Numbered from the stretch's first letter, positions 1-13,680 are shown. The stretch is DNA of 64,000 nucleotides from Octopus sinensis (GCF_006345805.1 NC_043011.1:26858464-26922463); one strand, 5' to 3'. Notes: generated by a model from the sequence alone, not told the origin. Program-made: numbers and translations.

Positions 1-47
<47 letters not shown>

Positions 48-185
48 ATATATGTATATATATGTATATTCATCTGAATGCTAAAAGGTTAGGAATTGTG
101 AATAGATGAGGTTAATAGTTTCCAGATATGTTTGCATGAAATACATTAACTTGAGATAATATTCTTAATATTCTCTTTATCTTAG

Positions 186-293
186 CATTGATCTTGGAAT
201 TCCGTTTGTCTGAAGTTGCTGTCAATGACAAGAACGAAAAACTCCAAACTTTATGTGACATTATAGAAAAGATTTTCCGGAAAGGATTAAAGC
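186..293 (+). CDS. RUN-PDZ protein, first exon visible in window (RUN domain N-terminal part: LILEFRLSEVAVNDKNEKLQTLCDIIEKIFRKGLK)
   Basis: Pyrimidine-rich acceptor tctttatcttAG and donor C/GTAAGT. The LCDIIEKIFRKGLK motif matches RUN block A. Phase 1 end fits the next exon. Confidence 0.9.
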
Positions 294-1879
294 GTAAGTA
301 TCTTTATTTTCTAATTGTTTGTCATTAGATGAGGCCATGCTGGGGCACTGCTTTGAAGGTTTTCTTTTTGGTAGTCAAATGAATTGACCCTAGTATTTAT
401 CTTTTAAAACCTGGTACTTATGCTCACCATCAGGCATCTACCATACACTGAACATCTTGCATGCCTAGGCATGGATACATTAAAGCTCCAACGTCTGGCA
501 ACTGACTTCATAGATCTTTTTGAATTTCATATGTGTAACACTTGTGGACATGCTTACAAAATCAAAAAACAACACAACACCCATGTCTTTTGGAAATGTT
601 TTTTCACACTCAGAATGAGCTACCTTCATTGCTTGTTTGCTTTTGAGACACTATATCCTTCAAAACTTCCATGCTTCCTGAAATTCGCCAACCCAACACC
701 TGATGCACCCCTCTCACCTTTTTTTTAAAAAAAATGACTTTCACTGTACATTTTCTGTGCATATTCTGTGTACTGTTCATGCACTTTTGGCTACTTTTTC
801 TGATGAGTTGTAGTGTATCCCTCCCATTTAAAAGATTTAAAATAAATAGATTTAATTCAATTGACAATCTAAGGGATGCAAATTGTTCCATACTGAGTTA
901 CCACCCCTTCCATCAGAAATAATTTAGTCTATTATAACCTTTGTTTTCAAATTAGGTATTTTTCATTCTCGCTCCGGTCTTTATGAAGCTACTTTTTCTG
1001 AACAACATTGGGGATAGCTGAGGCAATAACTATAATCCAAATTACTTGGAAATAGCAGGACATTTACCTCATGGCACTTTTAATTTTTGTTACTAACAAT
1101 ATATTCTCTGTGTGTGTGTGTGCATGCACATATATATATATATATATATATATGTATCACACTTAGTCTATATGCACAATTGATAGTCCAGTTACTATGG
1201 TGACCCTCTGATATTTATTGTTTTTAAAATAGCATACTCCATAAGATGTTATCTCAGAATGAATACAGGATTTTTATTTAATACTGCCTCAATTGCATAC
1301 CGTGGATTTTATTCAGTTAGGTGGCTATTTGCAACATCAGTTAATGTTTTATTTACTGCTTCCTATATTGATGGTGACAAATTCTCATTCAAGCCTGTGG
1401 CTGACTGTGAATACATGTCATTGGAAAGGCCTGAAAAGTTAAAAATTCATCTGACATTCTGGTTGGTCACTGCCAGGGTGATTTTTCATCTTCTTCCAAT
1501 ATTTATTGTAGTTTTAACACAACATGTCCATAAGAGGTATAATTTCAGGATGAATGCCATAGCAACTGGCCTATCAACAGTATGTGTGTGAGTATATATA
1601 TATATTGTGATACACAGATGGCCATTTTAATTTAATATTGACTTAATTTTGTATACTGAATATATATCTATCTATATATATATATAATTAAAAGGGCAAC
1701 CTGTTGCCTGCCCTTTTAATTATATTTACTATATACACTGAACTCTACAGAAGTTCCTGATGCTAAAAGTCATATTTACATACCAAAATTTACCGGTAAA
1801 TAATTGTTGGTTGTCTAAAAAACCACGGAAAAATTATTTACCCTTTTTATTATATATATATACATATATATAAATAATT

Positions 1880-2597
1880 AGAAAATGGAGAAAAATATAG
1901 ATTAACCAATACATTGATAGGACCACATCTAAAGCTTGCTTATTAATACAAAGCAAGACATAACAAAGCTTACAGCTGTTTCTGATCAAAATTCTGAGAA
2001 TGCAGTCTATGCATATATGCGAGAATAAAATTCTTCATTTTCATAGAGCATTCAAGTTAAGGCAACCGATCTTCATCAGAGTGAAAAACAAGAGCATACA
2101 ATATAAACAAAAGGTAGAAGGAAGAGGTAAGAAAACAAGGTTTAGACAAATAGTCTAAAAGCCTAGTATGTTAAGTGCACATAATTATTTACTATCTGAG
2201 CTCAAAGAACGTAGATGATAGAATGAGCTATTAAAGAACTCGGGAATATTGCAATTTATTAACGGGAGGGTGCAATTTTTTTTTATAGTGGGGTCATGGT
2301 ATTAAAGGAAGAAGGTAACAAGAAGCTCTGTGTAAATAGGATATTAATAGAATTCTTGAAGGTGAAACCAATGTTAAATGGAGTAAACTTGGAGTAACAT
2401 TTAAAAAATTTGACATGGGTTACTAAACTCGAATGCCCTATGAAGACAAAGAATTTATTCTCACATTTATGTATAGACTGCATTCTGAGAATTTTGATCA
2501 GAAACAGCTGTAAGCTTTGTCTTGTTTGTATTAATAAACAAGCTTTAAATGTGGTCCTATCGATGTATTGGTTAATCTATGTTTTTTTCCATTTTCT
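1880..2597. mobile_element. Diverged inverted repeat (arms ~1880-2067 and ~2418-2597) around a probable Penelope-like remnant
   Basis: The arms are visibly reverse-complementary (e.g. aaagcttacagctgtttctgatcaaaattctgaga / ctgagaattttgatcagaaacagctgtaagcttt). The Penelope assignment is inferred from the architecture and a TCATCAG motif at the arm edge. Confidence 0.5.
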
Positions 2598-3050
2598 TAT
2601 AAAACTTTTGTTCAGCCTATTGTCACCTGCACTTGATGTATGTGGTGTACATGCACATCATTGCCCAGGGATAACACAGGTAACTGATACTGATAGTACA
2701 TATGGATACTTTATCCCTTAGTTGGTTACTGCAACTGCTAACTCTCTCTCTATATATGTATATACATGCATACACATATGTGTGTTGTGTGAATTCTAGA
2801 TAAGACACATTGGTTATAGAGTTAAAGGTACTGTCAAATGACTGCTTATAAGTGAATAAGTAAAAATACACAGTAGTTTTCAAGTGGAGAGGAGGATACA
2901 CTAAATCAACATATCAGGTGAGATGCTTTTATAATGCTTCTTTTTACTTCACATGTTAGAAAGAGACTGTAACAGAGTTTACCTTAAATATGTATATTAT
3001 ATTATCTTATACATTATGTTAATATAATCAATAATGTATTTTCCTTATAG

Positions 3051-3126
3051 AGAATGGAGGCTGGTTTTCTAAAACAGACTATTGGTGCTGGATATCAAAA
3101 TCAGTGTATGATGCGGTCAATGACAG
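3051..3126 (+). CDS. RUN-PDZ protein exon (QNGGWFSKTDYWCWISKSVYDAVND)
   Basis: Acceptor ttttccttatAG, donor AG/GTGAAA. The DYW motif is typical of RUN domains. Phase 1 to 2. Confidence 0.9.
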
Positions 3127-3917
3127 GTGAAATACTTAATTTTCCTTTTTGCTTATATTTGCTTATATTTTTCATAGTTTTACTGTATTTTATATTGACT
3201 TTTATTTAGTTATATGAGTCTTTGATAAAATTTTATGATTTCTATTCTTAATATTGTGAAATACTAAATGTAGTGGATTAGCAGAATTGGTAGCATGGAA
3301 ACATGCGGCTTAGTGGTTATAGAGGTTGGACTCATGATCATAAGATTGTAGTTTTGGTTCCTGGACTGGGCGATGAATTATGTTCTTGAAAAAATTTCAT
3401 TTCATATTGCACCAGTCCACACAGCTAGCAAAATTGAGTAATCCTGTAATGGACTGGCATCCCATCCAGCAAGGAATATATATGTTACAGGGAGCAGGAA
3501 ACTGGGTCTGTGAGTCTGTATGACTTGGGAAAGAGCTGGAGCACTGGACAAAATGCTTTGTGGTATTTAGTTATGGCTCTTTATGCCTTGGTTTCAAACC
3601 CTGCCAAGGTCAACTTCACTTTTCAGGGTTGATGAAATAAAGTACATGTTATGTACTGGAGTTAATATAGTCATCTGTCTCCCATCAAAACTGCTGGCCT
3701 TGTGCTCAAATTAGAAACAATATTGGGAAATACATAATGTGAAAGAGTATCTCAATATGTATTTATCTTAGCTATAGTTATATGATAAATTGGACAGCAT
3801 CATCATCGTTTAACATTTGTTATTTGTTTCCCATGCTGGTATGAGTTGGATAGTTTGACATGATCTGATGAGTCAGAGGATTGCATTAAGCTCTAGTGTC
3901 AGTTTTGTATAGTTTCT

Positions 3918-4132
3918 TATTTCTTTATTGCCCACAAGGGGCTAAACATAGAGGGGACATTAAGTCAATTACATCGACCCCAGTGCGTAACTAGTACTTA
4001 ATTTATCAACCCAGAAAGGATGAAAGGCAAAGTCAACCTCGGTGGAATTTGAACTCAGAATGCAATGGCAGACGAAAAATACCACTAAATGTTTTGTCCA
4101 GCATGCTAACGTTTCTGCCAGCTCGCTGCCTT
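3918..4132 (-). mobile_element. tRNA-derived SINE, family B (Meta-domain-like)
   Basis: Reverse complement of the family B copies at 40754 and 57166. Confidence 0.8.
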
Positions 4133-4629
4133 TTGCAGAATTTGGTATAGTTTCTATGGCTTAATGCCCTTCCAAACACCAACCACTTTACAGTGTGTTT
4201 TGGGTGCTTTTGTCATGCTTTCAGCACTAGTTAGGTCAGCAGTTGCCTTGCTGCATGAGAGAAGAAAAGGTAAAAGACTCCTTCAACCAAGTGGAAGGCA
4301 TATTTTTGAGGGAGATGTGGCTTTTTGCCTGGTGTTGAGAGGCTAAAATATGACAGAGGGAAGAGCACCGGTGTCTTGCTATAGCAGAAAGATAATAAGG
4401 TACTTGCATAAACTGAACAAATGAATGCAGATTAGTAGAAACAGCAGCACTTCAAACAAAATGTTGTGCAGTATTTAGTTTCAGCTCTTTGCTTTCAGAA
4501 TCCAGACTTTTCTGTGGTCAACTTCATCTTTCTCTCATTCTAGAAATTGATAAAATACAACACTTGACAACTGCTGGGGCTGATACAATCAACTGTTACA
4601 TCTCCTGATGATTTATGGCTTTGTACCTA

Positions 4630-5141
4630 CCGTAAATCCTCGAGTATAATCTGCATTTTTTTCCCAAAATTTAAAGGTCAAAATCCCTAATGCATATTAT
4701 ACACGAGGTTAAAAATGAAAATTATTTTCTAAGCAATGTCCGAGTCTCTATTTGCTGCCCGGTAATGTTTATTCAGATGCATTTTGTGATGTTGGGCGCG
4801 AAAATACCTTAAGCTAAACCTCAAAGCAATGAAATCATAAAAGAATCATCCATAACTTGTAGTAAGCAACATTTATTAAACGTTATTACTGTTATTTCTT
4901 TATTTTCTGCAAACAAAATGCACAAAAAAGCTACACATTTGCATTATGTTATATATACAATAATAATAAAGGACATTACCATATACAGTTTTACAAACCA
5001 AGGACATTATATAGACCTCCTTGACTCAAGTTAGAGAAGGGGTGCGTATTATACACAAAGTTTAGGTTTTTCAGAGGTACAGCCCCCTAAAAATCCCCAG
5101 CGTATTATACTCAAGGGCGGACTATACTCGAGGATTTATGG
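4630..5141. mobile_element. Non-autonomous Tc1/mariner-superfamily MITE
   Basis: TIRs ccgtaaatcctcgagtata / tatactcgaggatttatgg with TA on both flanks. Confidence 0.8.
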
Positions 5142-5270
5142 TATGTTAAAAATCAATCTTGTAAAATACATATTTTGCTGTTGGAGTGCTTTGAATACTT
5201 TACAGTATTTTAAAATCATGTCACTCAACATTCTGCTCTTTTAAATATAAACTTGTTACCAATCCCAATA

Positions 5271-5765
5271 TCATCATAATCATCATTTAATGTCTGCCTT
5301 CCATGCTGGCATGGGTTGGACCAAATATGTCGGAGACATATTCAAACCCATGGAAAAATCACTTACTACATTTCATCATGGAGAAATATTTTCACTTTTG
5401 ACAAAAAGTCACCAGGTCAGTTCAGTGTGCCCTTTATCCAGAGCAATGGATGCATACATTTTGAAGTAATTATTTTCTCACCAGCATCAAATACTGAGGC
5501 AAACCAGATGGCTGCACCAGACTCCAATCTGATCTGGCAGAGTTTCTACAGCTGGATGCCCTTCCTAATGCTAATCACTCTGAGAGTGTAGTGGGTGCTT
5601 TTATGTGCCACCGGCACGAGGGCCAGTCAGGCGGTACTGGCAGCGGTGACACTCAAATGGTGCTTTTTATGTGCCACCTGCACAGGAGCCAGTCCAGCAG
5701 CACCGGCAACGACCTCATTCGAATGTTTTTTCACATACCACCAGCACAAGTGCCAGTAAGGCGAC
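5271..5765 (-). mobile_element. Interspersed repeat family C with (GAT)n tail, probably RTE-related (further copies near 12830, 14905, 25770, 35740, 43210, 58400)
   Basis: Shared core ctacagctggatgcccttcctaa and a (CAT)n end recur in many copies. Confidence 0.65.
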
Positions 5766-6338
5766 TTATAAAATCATTAATTAATCCCTTGCAAGCTTTT
5801 ATTGTAATTTGATAAAATAAATCATTATTTCAATGGTGAACAGCATTTATTCTTAATACATTCCAGCAGATTCAAATGTACTGAGTAAATAACAATTTAT
5901 TATTGGTTGGCAGGGATCAGTAAGGATCAACAAATGGTTTGTTAGTTGAAATTATAAACAAGGCCGTTTAGTTCACATCATGTCAAAATACCGGTATCAC
6001 AGAATCCCTTGCTCTATTGAATCAAGCATGTTATGAATACATAATCATCATATTGGAGTTGTTTTCTTGTGACCATGACAACAGCGATTAACATATTTGT
6101 GTTCAAATCTAATGAAATGTATTAATAAATGTGTAAGTCCTTGCACAATTTGAGATATAATTACCTGAAATTTATTTATTGGTTTTTCCTCTTTTACAAA
6201 GACTTGACCTTAAGCAAAACTGTTATTTTGAAGCACAGCCCCCTCTCCTCAAAAAGTGAGAGCCTTGCCTTGTATTCTACAATAATATTGTTATATGTTA
6301 GATTATATTTTACTAACCTGTTGCATGTAATCTTACAG

Positions 6339-6390
6339 AGTTAACCCAATCTTTGTTATGGTCACCAACATAGTAAATGAATCCAAGAAG
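6339..6390 (+). CDS. RUN-PDZ protein exon (RVNPIFVMVTNIVNESKK)
   Basis: Acceptor tcttacAG, donor AAG/GTGAAT. It exactly bridges the phase 2 to phase 0 gap between neighbouring exons. Confidence 0.85.
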
Positions 6391-7424
6391 GTGAATATAT
6401 TTTAACACTCTTGTTTGTTTCTTGCTTCTTTTTAATTATTGTTTTATATTTCTCTGCAAGCATGGGTTTGATGGTTTTTGGTTGAAGTAAATGGTCTTAC
6501 ATTAACTTCTGGCTTGAGTGTCACAGTTCAAACTTGAAGAGAACATATGTATATGATGGATTCTCCCGTTGTGAATAACAAATGAGAGTTCAGTAAAATA
6601 AAGTGTTAATCATGTTCTCTGGACAAAAATGTGCCTCTTGAGGTCTGCTGGTGCCCTGCAAACCTTTTGGCAAATGGAAGTTGAGGACTCAGTTAGCATG
6701 AGTGCTTGTGGGCCATTTATTACGTGTTTTCTTGTGTGTGTGTGTGTTTTGTTGCACTTCATCTATAACTTGTCTTTTATATGAAGGCTAGTTGAAAAAT
6801 TTAGAATATTTGATCTGCTAGATACAGTGAAGCTTGCTTCTCAACAACATAGAGTTCAGTTCCACTGTGTGGCACGTTGGGCAAATGTCTTTTACTATAG
6901 CCTTAGGTTGACCAAAGCCTTGTGAGTGGATTTGGTAGACGGAAACTGAAAGAAGCCTATTGTAGATATACATACATACATTCATGCATACATACATACG
7001 TACATACATACATACATACATACACACACGTGTGTGTGTGTGTATATGTGTATGTGTGTATCTTTGTGTCTGTGTTTGTTCCTCACTACAGCTTCACAAC
7101 TGGTCTTGGTGTGCTTATATCCCTGTAACTGAGCAGTTTGGCAAAAAGAGACTGATAGAAAGTACTAGATTAAACAAAAATAAGTCTTGGGGTTGAGTTG
7201 TTTGACTAAAACCCTTCAAATTGGTGCCCCAGCATGGTCACAGTCAAATGATTGAAACAAGAAAATATAAAAAGATGCTTGTTTAGAAAAAAAAAAGAAA
7301 AAAAAGAACTAATTTGATAATGTAGTCTTTGATACACAATGTCTGTATAAAAACAAATGTTGGGATAGTCACTTCTGGAACGTCTTTGATCTGCTAAACA
7401 ACAGCTGTTGTTCTTCATTTTCAG

Positions 7425-7532
7425 GTATGTACCCTTCAAGGCAAAGGTCGATTATTCATCCGTTGTGCACTGGTGAAGAAAGTATTGAGTGTGGCTGTGG
7501 AACTTTTGAGAAAAGACCAACGTCTAACTGAT
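7425..7532 (+). CDS. RUN-PDZ protein exon (VCTLQGKGRLFIRCALVKKVLSVAVELLRKDQRLTD)
   Basis: Acceptor ttcattttcAG, donor GAT/GTAAGA. GKGRLFIRCAL is the core RUN signature (cf. GRGRAWIRxAL). Confidence 0.93.
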
Positions 7533-8140
7533 GTAAGAAGTATTTTCCTCATCTATTTTATTTTATTTTAACTTAACTATTTTTTTCCCGTTCTGAATTT
7601 TTTTCTTTTAAGCTTTCATGTTACATGGAACACTTAGATTAACTAAATTGATAAAATTTTTCAGACTGAGGTGATGACTATAATATTTGGCCTAACAGTT
7701 GATGGCAAGAATGCTGAACATCAGAAATGATGACAAAATGTTTGGCCTCATATGATAATGATGACATAAATGCTGGGCCTTACAGATGAAGATGACAACG
7801 ATTATAATAATGGAAAGAAAAATGTTGGCCTTCACCGATGATTTTGACAAGAATTTTAGAAATAACATAGAAATTGATGACAAGAATTTTGGCTCTCAAA
7901 AGTGATAACAAAAATGTTGGGCCCTGCAATACATAAAGATAAAAAATAGCATGGAATTGAGAAGGTACTTGGAGAAACACTAGATATATATTGCATACTT
8001 GTGTAACCCATGTTAGCATTGAAAATGAATGTTCAAATCAATGAAGAAAACAATACTGAATATTTATTTAATTATTTTATAATTGATTCTTTTTGATAAT
8101 ATAATTCTGCTGAACTGAAAAATAATCATAATATTTTCAG

Positions 8141-8189
8141 ATATGGTATGATTCAGAATACTCTATTCTTGGCAATGAAATACTCTCAG
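8141..8189 (+). CDS. RUN-PDZ protein exon (IWYDSEYSILGNEILS)
   Basis: Acceptor attttcAG, donor CAG/GTATGT. The WY...SIL motif fits the RUN domain. Phase 0 to 1. Confidence 0.9.
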
Positions 8190-9622
8190 GTATGTATATT
8201 GTATAATGTTTATCATTATATGTATATATATACATATAACTTGTTACATATACATCTGTGTATGTGTTCATCATCAACACTTCATATCTACCTACCATAC
8301 TGGCATAGGCTGGGAAGTTCACCAGGATTCAAATAAGTCAGAGAACCTTGTTTGTATGGTTTCTACAACTTTGTTCTCTTATTAATGTAAACCACTTTCG
8401 AGTGTGTACTGGGTGCTTTTTGTATGACACTCAAATTAATCTTGACTGAGTGGGAGTATAGGAAAAAAGAAGGTGGTTTTATGTGAGATTTTTGAGAGGT
8501 TAAAGTATGTACGCTACTTATGTATGTAAACACCTAAGTGTGTGTTTGTGCATAAGTATGAATGTATGAGGATGAGTCCGAAAGTAATGCAATTTTTTTT
8601 GCATTACTCTGTGGCTCACCCTTTTATATGAAAAGGATGTCAGTTCACTTATGCTCATGAGCTGTAAATATGGGTGGAAGTCTAGACAGAAACTAAATTT
8701 TTTAATATATTGAAGATATATAACACTGTATAACACAATTTTTGTCTTTGTGTAGTAGCTGTTATTTCCTATTTGCTTATTCCTAGAAAGTATGAAAAGT
8801 GGCTAATATTTCTTTAAACTTTACTTTTCTTACATTTATTCAAATCTTAAAGAATCCCTCTCAACACATGGTTATGATGCTCCCCCACTGCTCATGGTCA
8901 GAGACGCACATATTGTCAGCTACAAAGGGTCATGTTCACGTGGTTAAGATCAAGCAACTGACTAGCAAATCTGTGGTATTGATCAGAATATTTGCTATAA
9001 CAATATTTCTGCTTCAGCAACTCAGCACTGAATATGTCTGAAATGTAATGGAAAATGGCTTAGGTTCAGAACGTTGATGTCCAGGTCGCAAAAGCAAAGT
9101 TTGAAGGGGAATAGTTGTCATTTCCTTTGATTTGTAGACAGAAGCAAATAGGAAACAACAATTAATTAACCAAAGACAAAGAAAAAAAAATTACACAGTG
9201 TAATCGATGTGTTTTAGCTGCTGGATGTCCGAATGGTTTCAGCTGAAATATTATTTGTGAAGTCAGTGATCTACACACACCAGTTCAGTATTTTCAAAGC
9301 TCTCTGTACTTAAACATATTTGTTGTGTAACAATCTAGGGTCAGTCAGCTTAGTAGATTCCATAACCTATTTGATTATAATTAGACATCGACCTCACTGA
9401 ATAGCATCTTGGTCATGTCTTCTATTCTATCCTTAATCACACCAATATCAAGTGATTGTGAAAGTAAGTGGAAGCCCAATGTGTGTGTGTACAGGTGATT
9501 TGCATATCTGTCTCATGTTAACACCATTTAAAAAAATTGCTGTCGTAGCAGCATGACAAATAGAGAACATTAAGAGATAAATCCTAGAATTAAAAATAAA
9601 TTACGAGGTAATTTATAAGTGT

Positions 9623-9980
9623 AGGAGTGGCTGTGTGGTAAGTAGCTTGCTTTCCAACCACATGGTTCTGGGTTCAGTCCCACTGCATGGCACCTTGGGC
9701 AAGTGCCTTCTACTATAGCCTCGGACTGACCAAAGCCTTGTGAGTAAATTTGGTAGATGGAAACTGAAAGAAGCCCGTTGTATATATATGTATGTGTGTG
9801 TGTGTCTGTGTTTGACAACCAATGCTGGTGTGTTATGTCCCTGTAACTTAGCGGTTCGGCCAAAGAGACTGATAGAATAATTACTAGGCTTACAAAGAAT
9901 AAGTTCTTGGGTCGATTTGCTTGACTAAAGGTGGTGCTCCCGCATGGTCACAGTCAAATGACTGAAACAAGTAAAAGAGT
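9623..9980 (+). mobile_element. tRNA-derived SINE family A (~400 bp, internal TA/TG microsatellite)
   Basis: A-box-like TGGCTGTGTGG, B-box-like GGTTCAGTCCC, and a gactgaaacaagtaaaagag tail. Many near-identical copies occur in the window. Confidence 0.85.
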
Positions 9981-10144
9981 TAAGGAGTAAATATTATCAA
10001 CCAAAAATATTTTGGGTTGATTTGTTCAACTACCCATACAAGTTGGTGCTCCAGCATAGCCACAGACCAATGACCAAAACAAGTTAAAGAGTAAAATTTC
10101 TTTAAGGCATGTCAGTCATTTGACTGCAGATATGAATGAGTATA

Positions 10145-10708
10145 AGGTGGCGATCTGGCAGAAGCGTTAGCATGTCGGGCGAAATGCTTAACGGTATTTC
10201 GTCTGCCGTTATGTTCTGAGTTCAAATTCCGCCGAGGTCGACTTTGATATCATCCTTTTGGGGGTCGATAAATTAAGTACCAGTTACGCGCTGGGGTCGA
10301 TATAATCGACTTAATCCGTTTGTCTGTCCTTGTTTGTCCTCTCTGTGTTTAGCCCCTTGTGGGTAGTAAAGAAATAGGTATTTCGTCTGCCGTTATGTTC
10401 TGAGTTCAAATTCCGCTGAGGTCGACTTTGATTTCATCCTTTTGGAGGTCGATAAATTAAGTACCAGTTACGCACTGGGGTCGATATAATCGACTTAATC
10501 CGTTTGTCTGTCCTTGTTTGTCCTCCCTGTGTTTAGCCCCTTGTGGGTAGTAAAGAAATAGGTATTTCATCTGTTCTGAGTTCAAGTTCTGCCGAGGTTG
10601 ACTCTACCTTTCATCCTTTCAGGATCGATAAATTAAGTACCAGTTATGCACTGTCTGTCCTTATTTGCCCCCTTTATGTTTAGCCCCTTGTGGACAATAA
10701 AGAAATAA
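10145..10708 (+). mobile_element. Tandem trimer of SINE family B (Meta-domain-like)
   Basis: Three head-to-tail copies of gttctgagttcaaattccgccgaggtcgac...gataaattaagtaccag...aaagaaata. Confidence 0.85.
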
Positions 10709-10863
10709 GATATGAATGAGTTCCATTTACTGAAACAGATAAAAGAGTGAAAGAATAATGAAACAAAAGTGAATGTAATGAAATGTGATTGCTTCAGAAG
10801 ACTTTCAGGACCTTATATCATGAATGTTATAGATTTTTTTTTTTCTTTATTTTTTCTGTTCAG

Positions 10864-10922
10864 AAATATTCATCTCACTATTGTTTGAAATAACAGAAAT
10901 CAAATTTCTACTAAATTTAAAG
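10864..10922 (+). CDS. RUN-PDZ protein exon (EIFISLLFEITEIKFLLNLK), end of RUN domain
   Basis: Long poly-T tract and cAG acceptor, donor AAG/GTAAGA. The LxxLxxIxFxL pattern matches the RUN C-terminus. Confidence 0.9.
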
Positions 10923-11361
10923 GTAAGAATTTATATTTTATGATAAAGTCTTTTGGAATGTTGATGTGAGTGAAATCTCACTGTAATATTGGTTGGAAGT
11001 AAAAGACAACCAATGTAGAAGAAAGTGGATTTGTTTTTGGTGGACCTCAACTTGCTAGGAAGTGACCCACACACTTAATTACATGACCTTTCTCTGCGGT
11101 ATATATAGAATGAGACACGCAGGATCCAGTTATGAAACTGCAATGAACTGCCACTGGCCTGGTTATAATTTTGAGTGGCATCTTCTGTAGCATGTCTGTC
11201 ATGCATAGCCCTCTTCATCTGCTGGTTCAGGTGTTGAGATCTGTTGTAGTTATCATCCGTTTGTTCTACTGTCGGGGTCTTTGGGTGATATTAGTACATT
11301 AAAAATCCTCATGATAATCATCATCATCATCTTTGTGCTAAATTTTTCCACGATGGTATAA

Positions 11362-11601
11362 GGTAGACGAGCTGGCAGAAACGTTAGCATGCCGGGCAAA
11401 ATGCATAGCCGTATTTCTTCTGCCATTACGTTCTGAGTTCAAATTCCGCCGAGGTCGACTTTGCCTTTCATCCTTTTGGGGTTGATAAATTAAGTACTGG
11501 TCGATAAATTATGCACTGGGGTCGATGTAATTGACTTAATCCATTTGTCTGTCCTTGTTTGTCCTCTCTGTGTTTAGCCCCTTGTGGATAGTAAAGAAAT
11601 A
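11362..11601 (+). mobile_element. SINE family B copy
   Basis: Full-length match to the other family B copies, flanked by ggtataag direct repeats. Confidence 0.85.
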
Positions 11602-12540
11602 GGTATAAGTTAGATGAGGTTTCTTGCATTGTTCTACAGCTTGATGCTCTTCCTGTCACCAACCATTACTTTTTCCAAATAAGGTACTTGCACTCCTGTT
11701 CTTTCAAATGACAAACCACTAAATGGCTGAACATGTTTCTATAGCAGATGTAAGCAATGGCACTGCTTAAATATTATTTGCTGCTAAACCTACTTCCCTC
11801 ACCTTCCACATGCATTCATGATTGACATTGCCTCCACCAATGTTCACCACTCACTGCATCTCCCTCTGCCACTTTCCTCTCACACTTCTATGAACTTACT
11901 TACTTACCCATACCACTTCTCTTTATTTATCTTCTTGAAACTCAAAGATAAAGATATACCATGACATATCTTTACAATCATTCTCTTGCTCTTCCAAATA
12001 GGGTGGCCATGTATCTCCCCTACATAAAGACACCTGTTCCTATACTCCTATTATACTTTAAAATCTCATCACTTGGGATAAAGCCTCTTCCTTCAATAGT
12101 ACTACCCTGCTGCTAGTTGAGGAGGTCTTGTCTTGTGAGTTACTTAGTAATCTCACCAATGCTATTAACACAAAAAAAGCACCTAGTGCATTCTGTATAT
12201 TGGTTGGTATTAGGAAGGGCATCCAGCTGTAGAGACCTTGTCAAAGCAGGCATTGGAGTACTCAGCTTGCCAGCCCCTGTCAGATCATCCAACCCATACC
12301 AGCATAGTATTGTTAAATGATGATGATGAAACACACACACACACACACGCATACAGACTCACACATACAATAAGCACAGGCATAGTTGTGTGGTTGAGAA
12401 GTTTTCCTCCAATCTGCATTGTTTAGGGATCAGTTCCACTGCATGGCACATGGGGCAAATGTCATCTGCTACAATCATTGGTCTGCTACAATCATTGGTC
12501 TTGTGAGTGGATTTGGTAGATAAAGATTGTAAGAAGACCA

Positions 12541-12579
<39 letters not shown>

Positions 12580-13149
12580 CTTGAAATTGCCTGTAGCAAA
12601 GTGCAGCAGATGTTTTTGATGTCAGCTTCTCCTGTCAGCAAACCACTCAGTCACTTTGTGCCTCTGAAGCCATGTGGAATAAGAGATCCCTTACTTGAAA
12701 AAAACAGGTAAGGGTCAGCATCAGGAAAGGCATTCAGCTGTAATATAATGTCTTAATGGTATATTTGTCCCAAGTCCCAACCCATGCAAGCATGGAAAAA
12801 CATAAAGTGGATTAAAAAATTCATAAATCATCATCATCATCAATTAACATGTTTTTCATGTTGGCATGGGTTGGATGGTTTCACCTGAGCTGGCAAGCTG
12901 GAGAGCTGTACCAGGTCCCAGCCTGATTCGGCTTTGTTTCTATGGCTGGATGCCCTTCCTAATGCCAACCATTTTACAGAGTGTTCTGGGTGCTTGTTAT
13001 GTGGACCAATACAAGTATTTTTACATGGTCTGGCAGAGTTGCTTTTTATGTGGACCAGCATGGGTGCTTTTTATGTGGACTGGCACAAGGGCTCTTGCAA
13101 GGCAAAAACCTCTTCAGGTGGGAGGGAACCATTGATAATTCTGCTGTTG

Positions 13150-13680
13150 TGGGTAGTCCTTAAGTACTGCAAAGTGCCAAATATCTCGGTCCTTTGTCAT
13201 CTCCTTTGTAAGGCTCAGTGTCCTGAAATTGACCTTCAGTACTTTGTCCCATGTCTTCCTGGATCTCCATCTTCCACTAGTTCCATCCATTTTAAGTGAT
13301 CAGCACTTCTTTATGTAGTTGTCTACATCCATCCACATCACATGACCAAACCAGTACAGTTTTCTATCTTGCACACTGCATCTAATTCTTCTTATGCCTA
13401 ACTTTTCTCTCAATATATTAGCACCCTGTTACACATGTACACTTACATTGTACATCCAGTGGAGCATACTAGCTTCATTCCTCTCTTGCCTTTGCATGCC
13501 CTCTGCATTCAGGTTTCACATTTCACTACCATGTAGTATTGTTGTCTGTATACATGCATCATACAATCTTCCTTTTACTCAGTGAGAGAGACCTTTGGTT
13601 GCCAACAAAGGTAAAAGCTCTCTGAATTTTCTCTATCCTATTCTTACTCTAGCAATTACACTTTCCATGCATCCTCCCTC
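13150..13680 (-). mobile_element. RTE-clade LINE 3' remnant
   Basis: Homologous to 36260-36830, whose minus strand encodes the RTE C-terminal motif. Confidence 0.6.

Noticed and set aside
1259-1591. 110-aa ORF between the first two exons
   Set aside because: It has no domain resemblance, and exons 186-293 and 3051-3126 already join in frame without it.
2040-2083. Minus-strand CUGAUGA as a hammerhead
   Set aside because: No matching stem II, GAAA or stem III could be folded.
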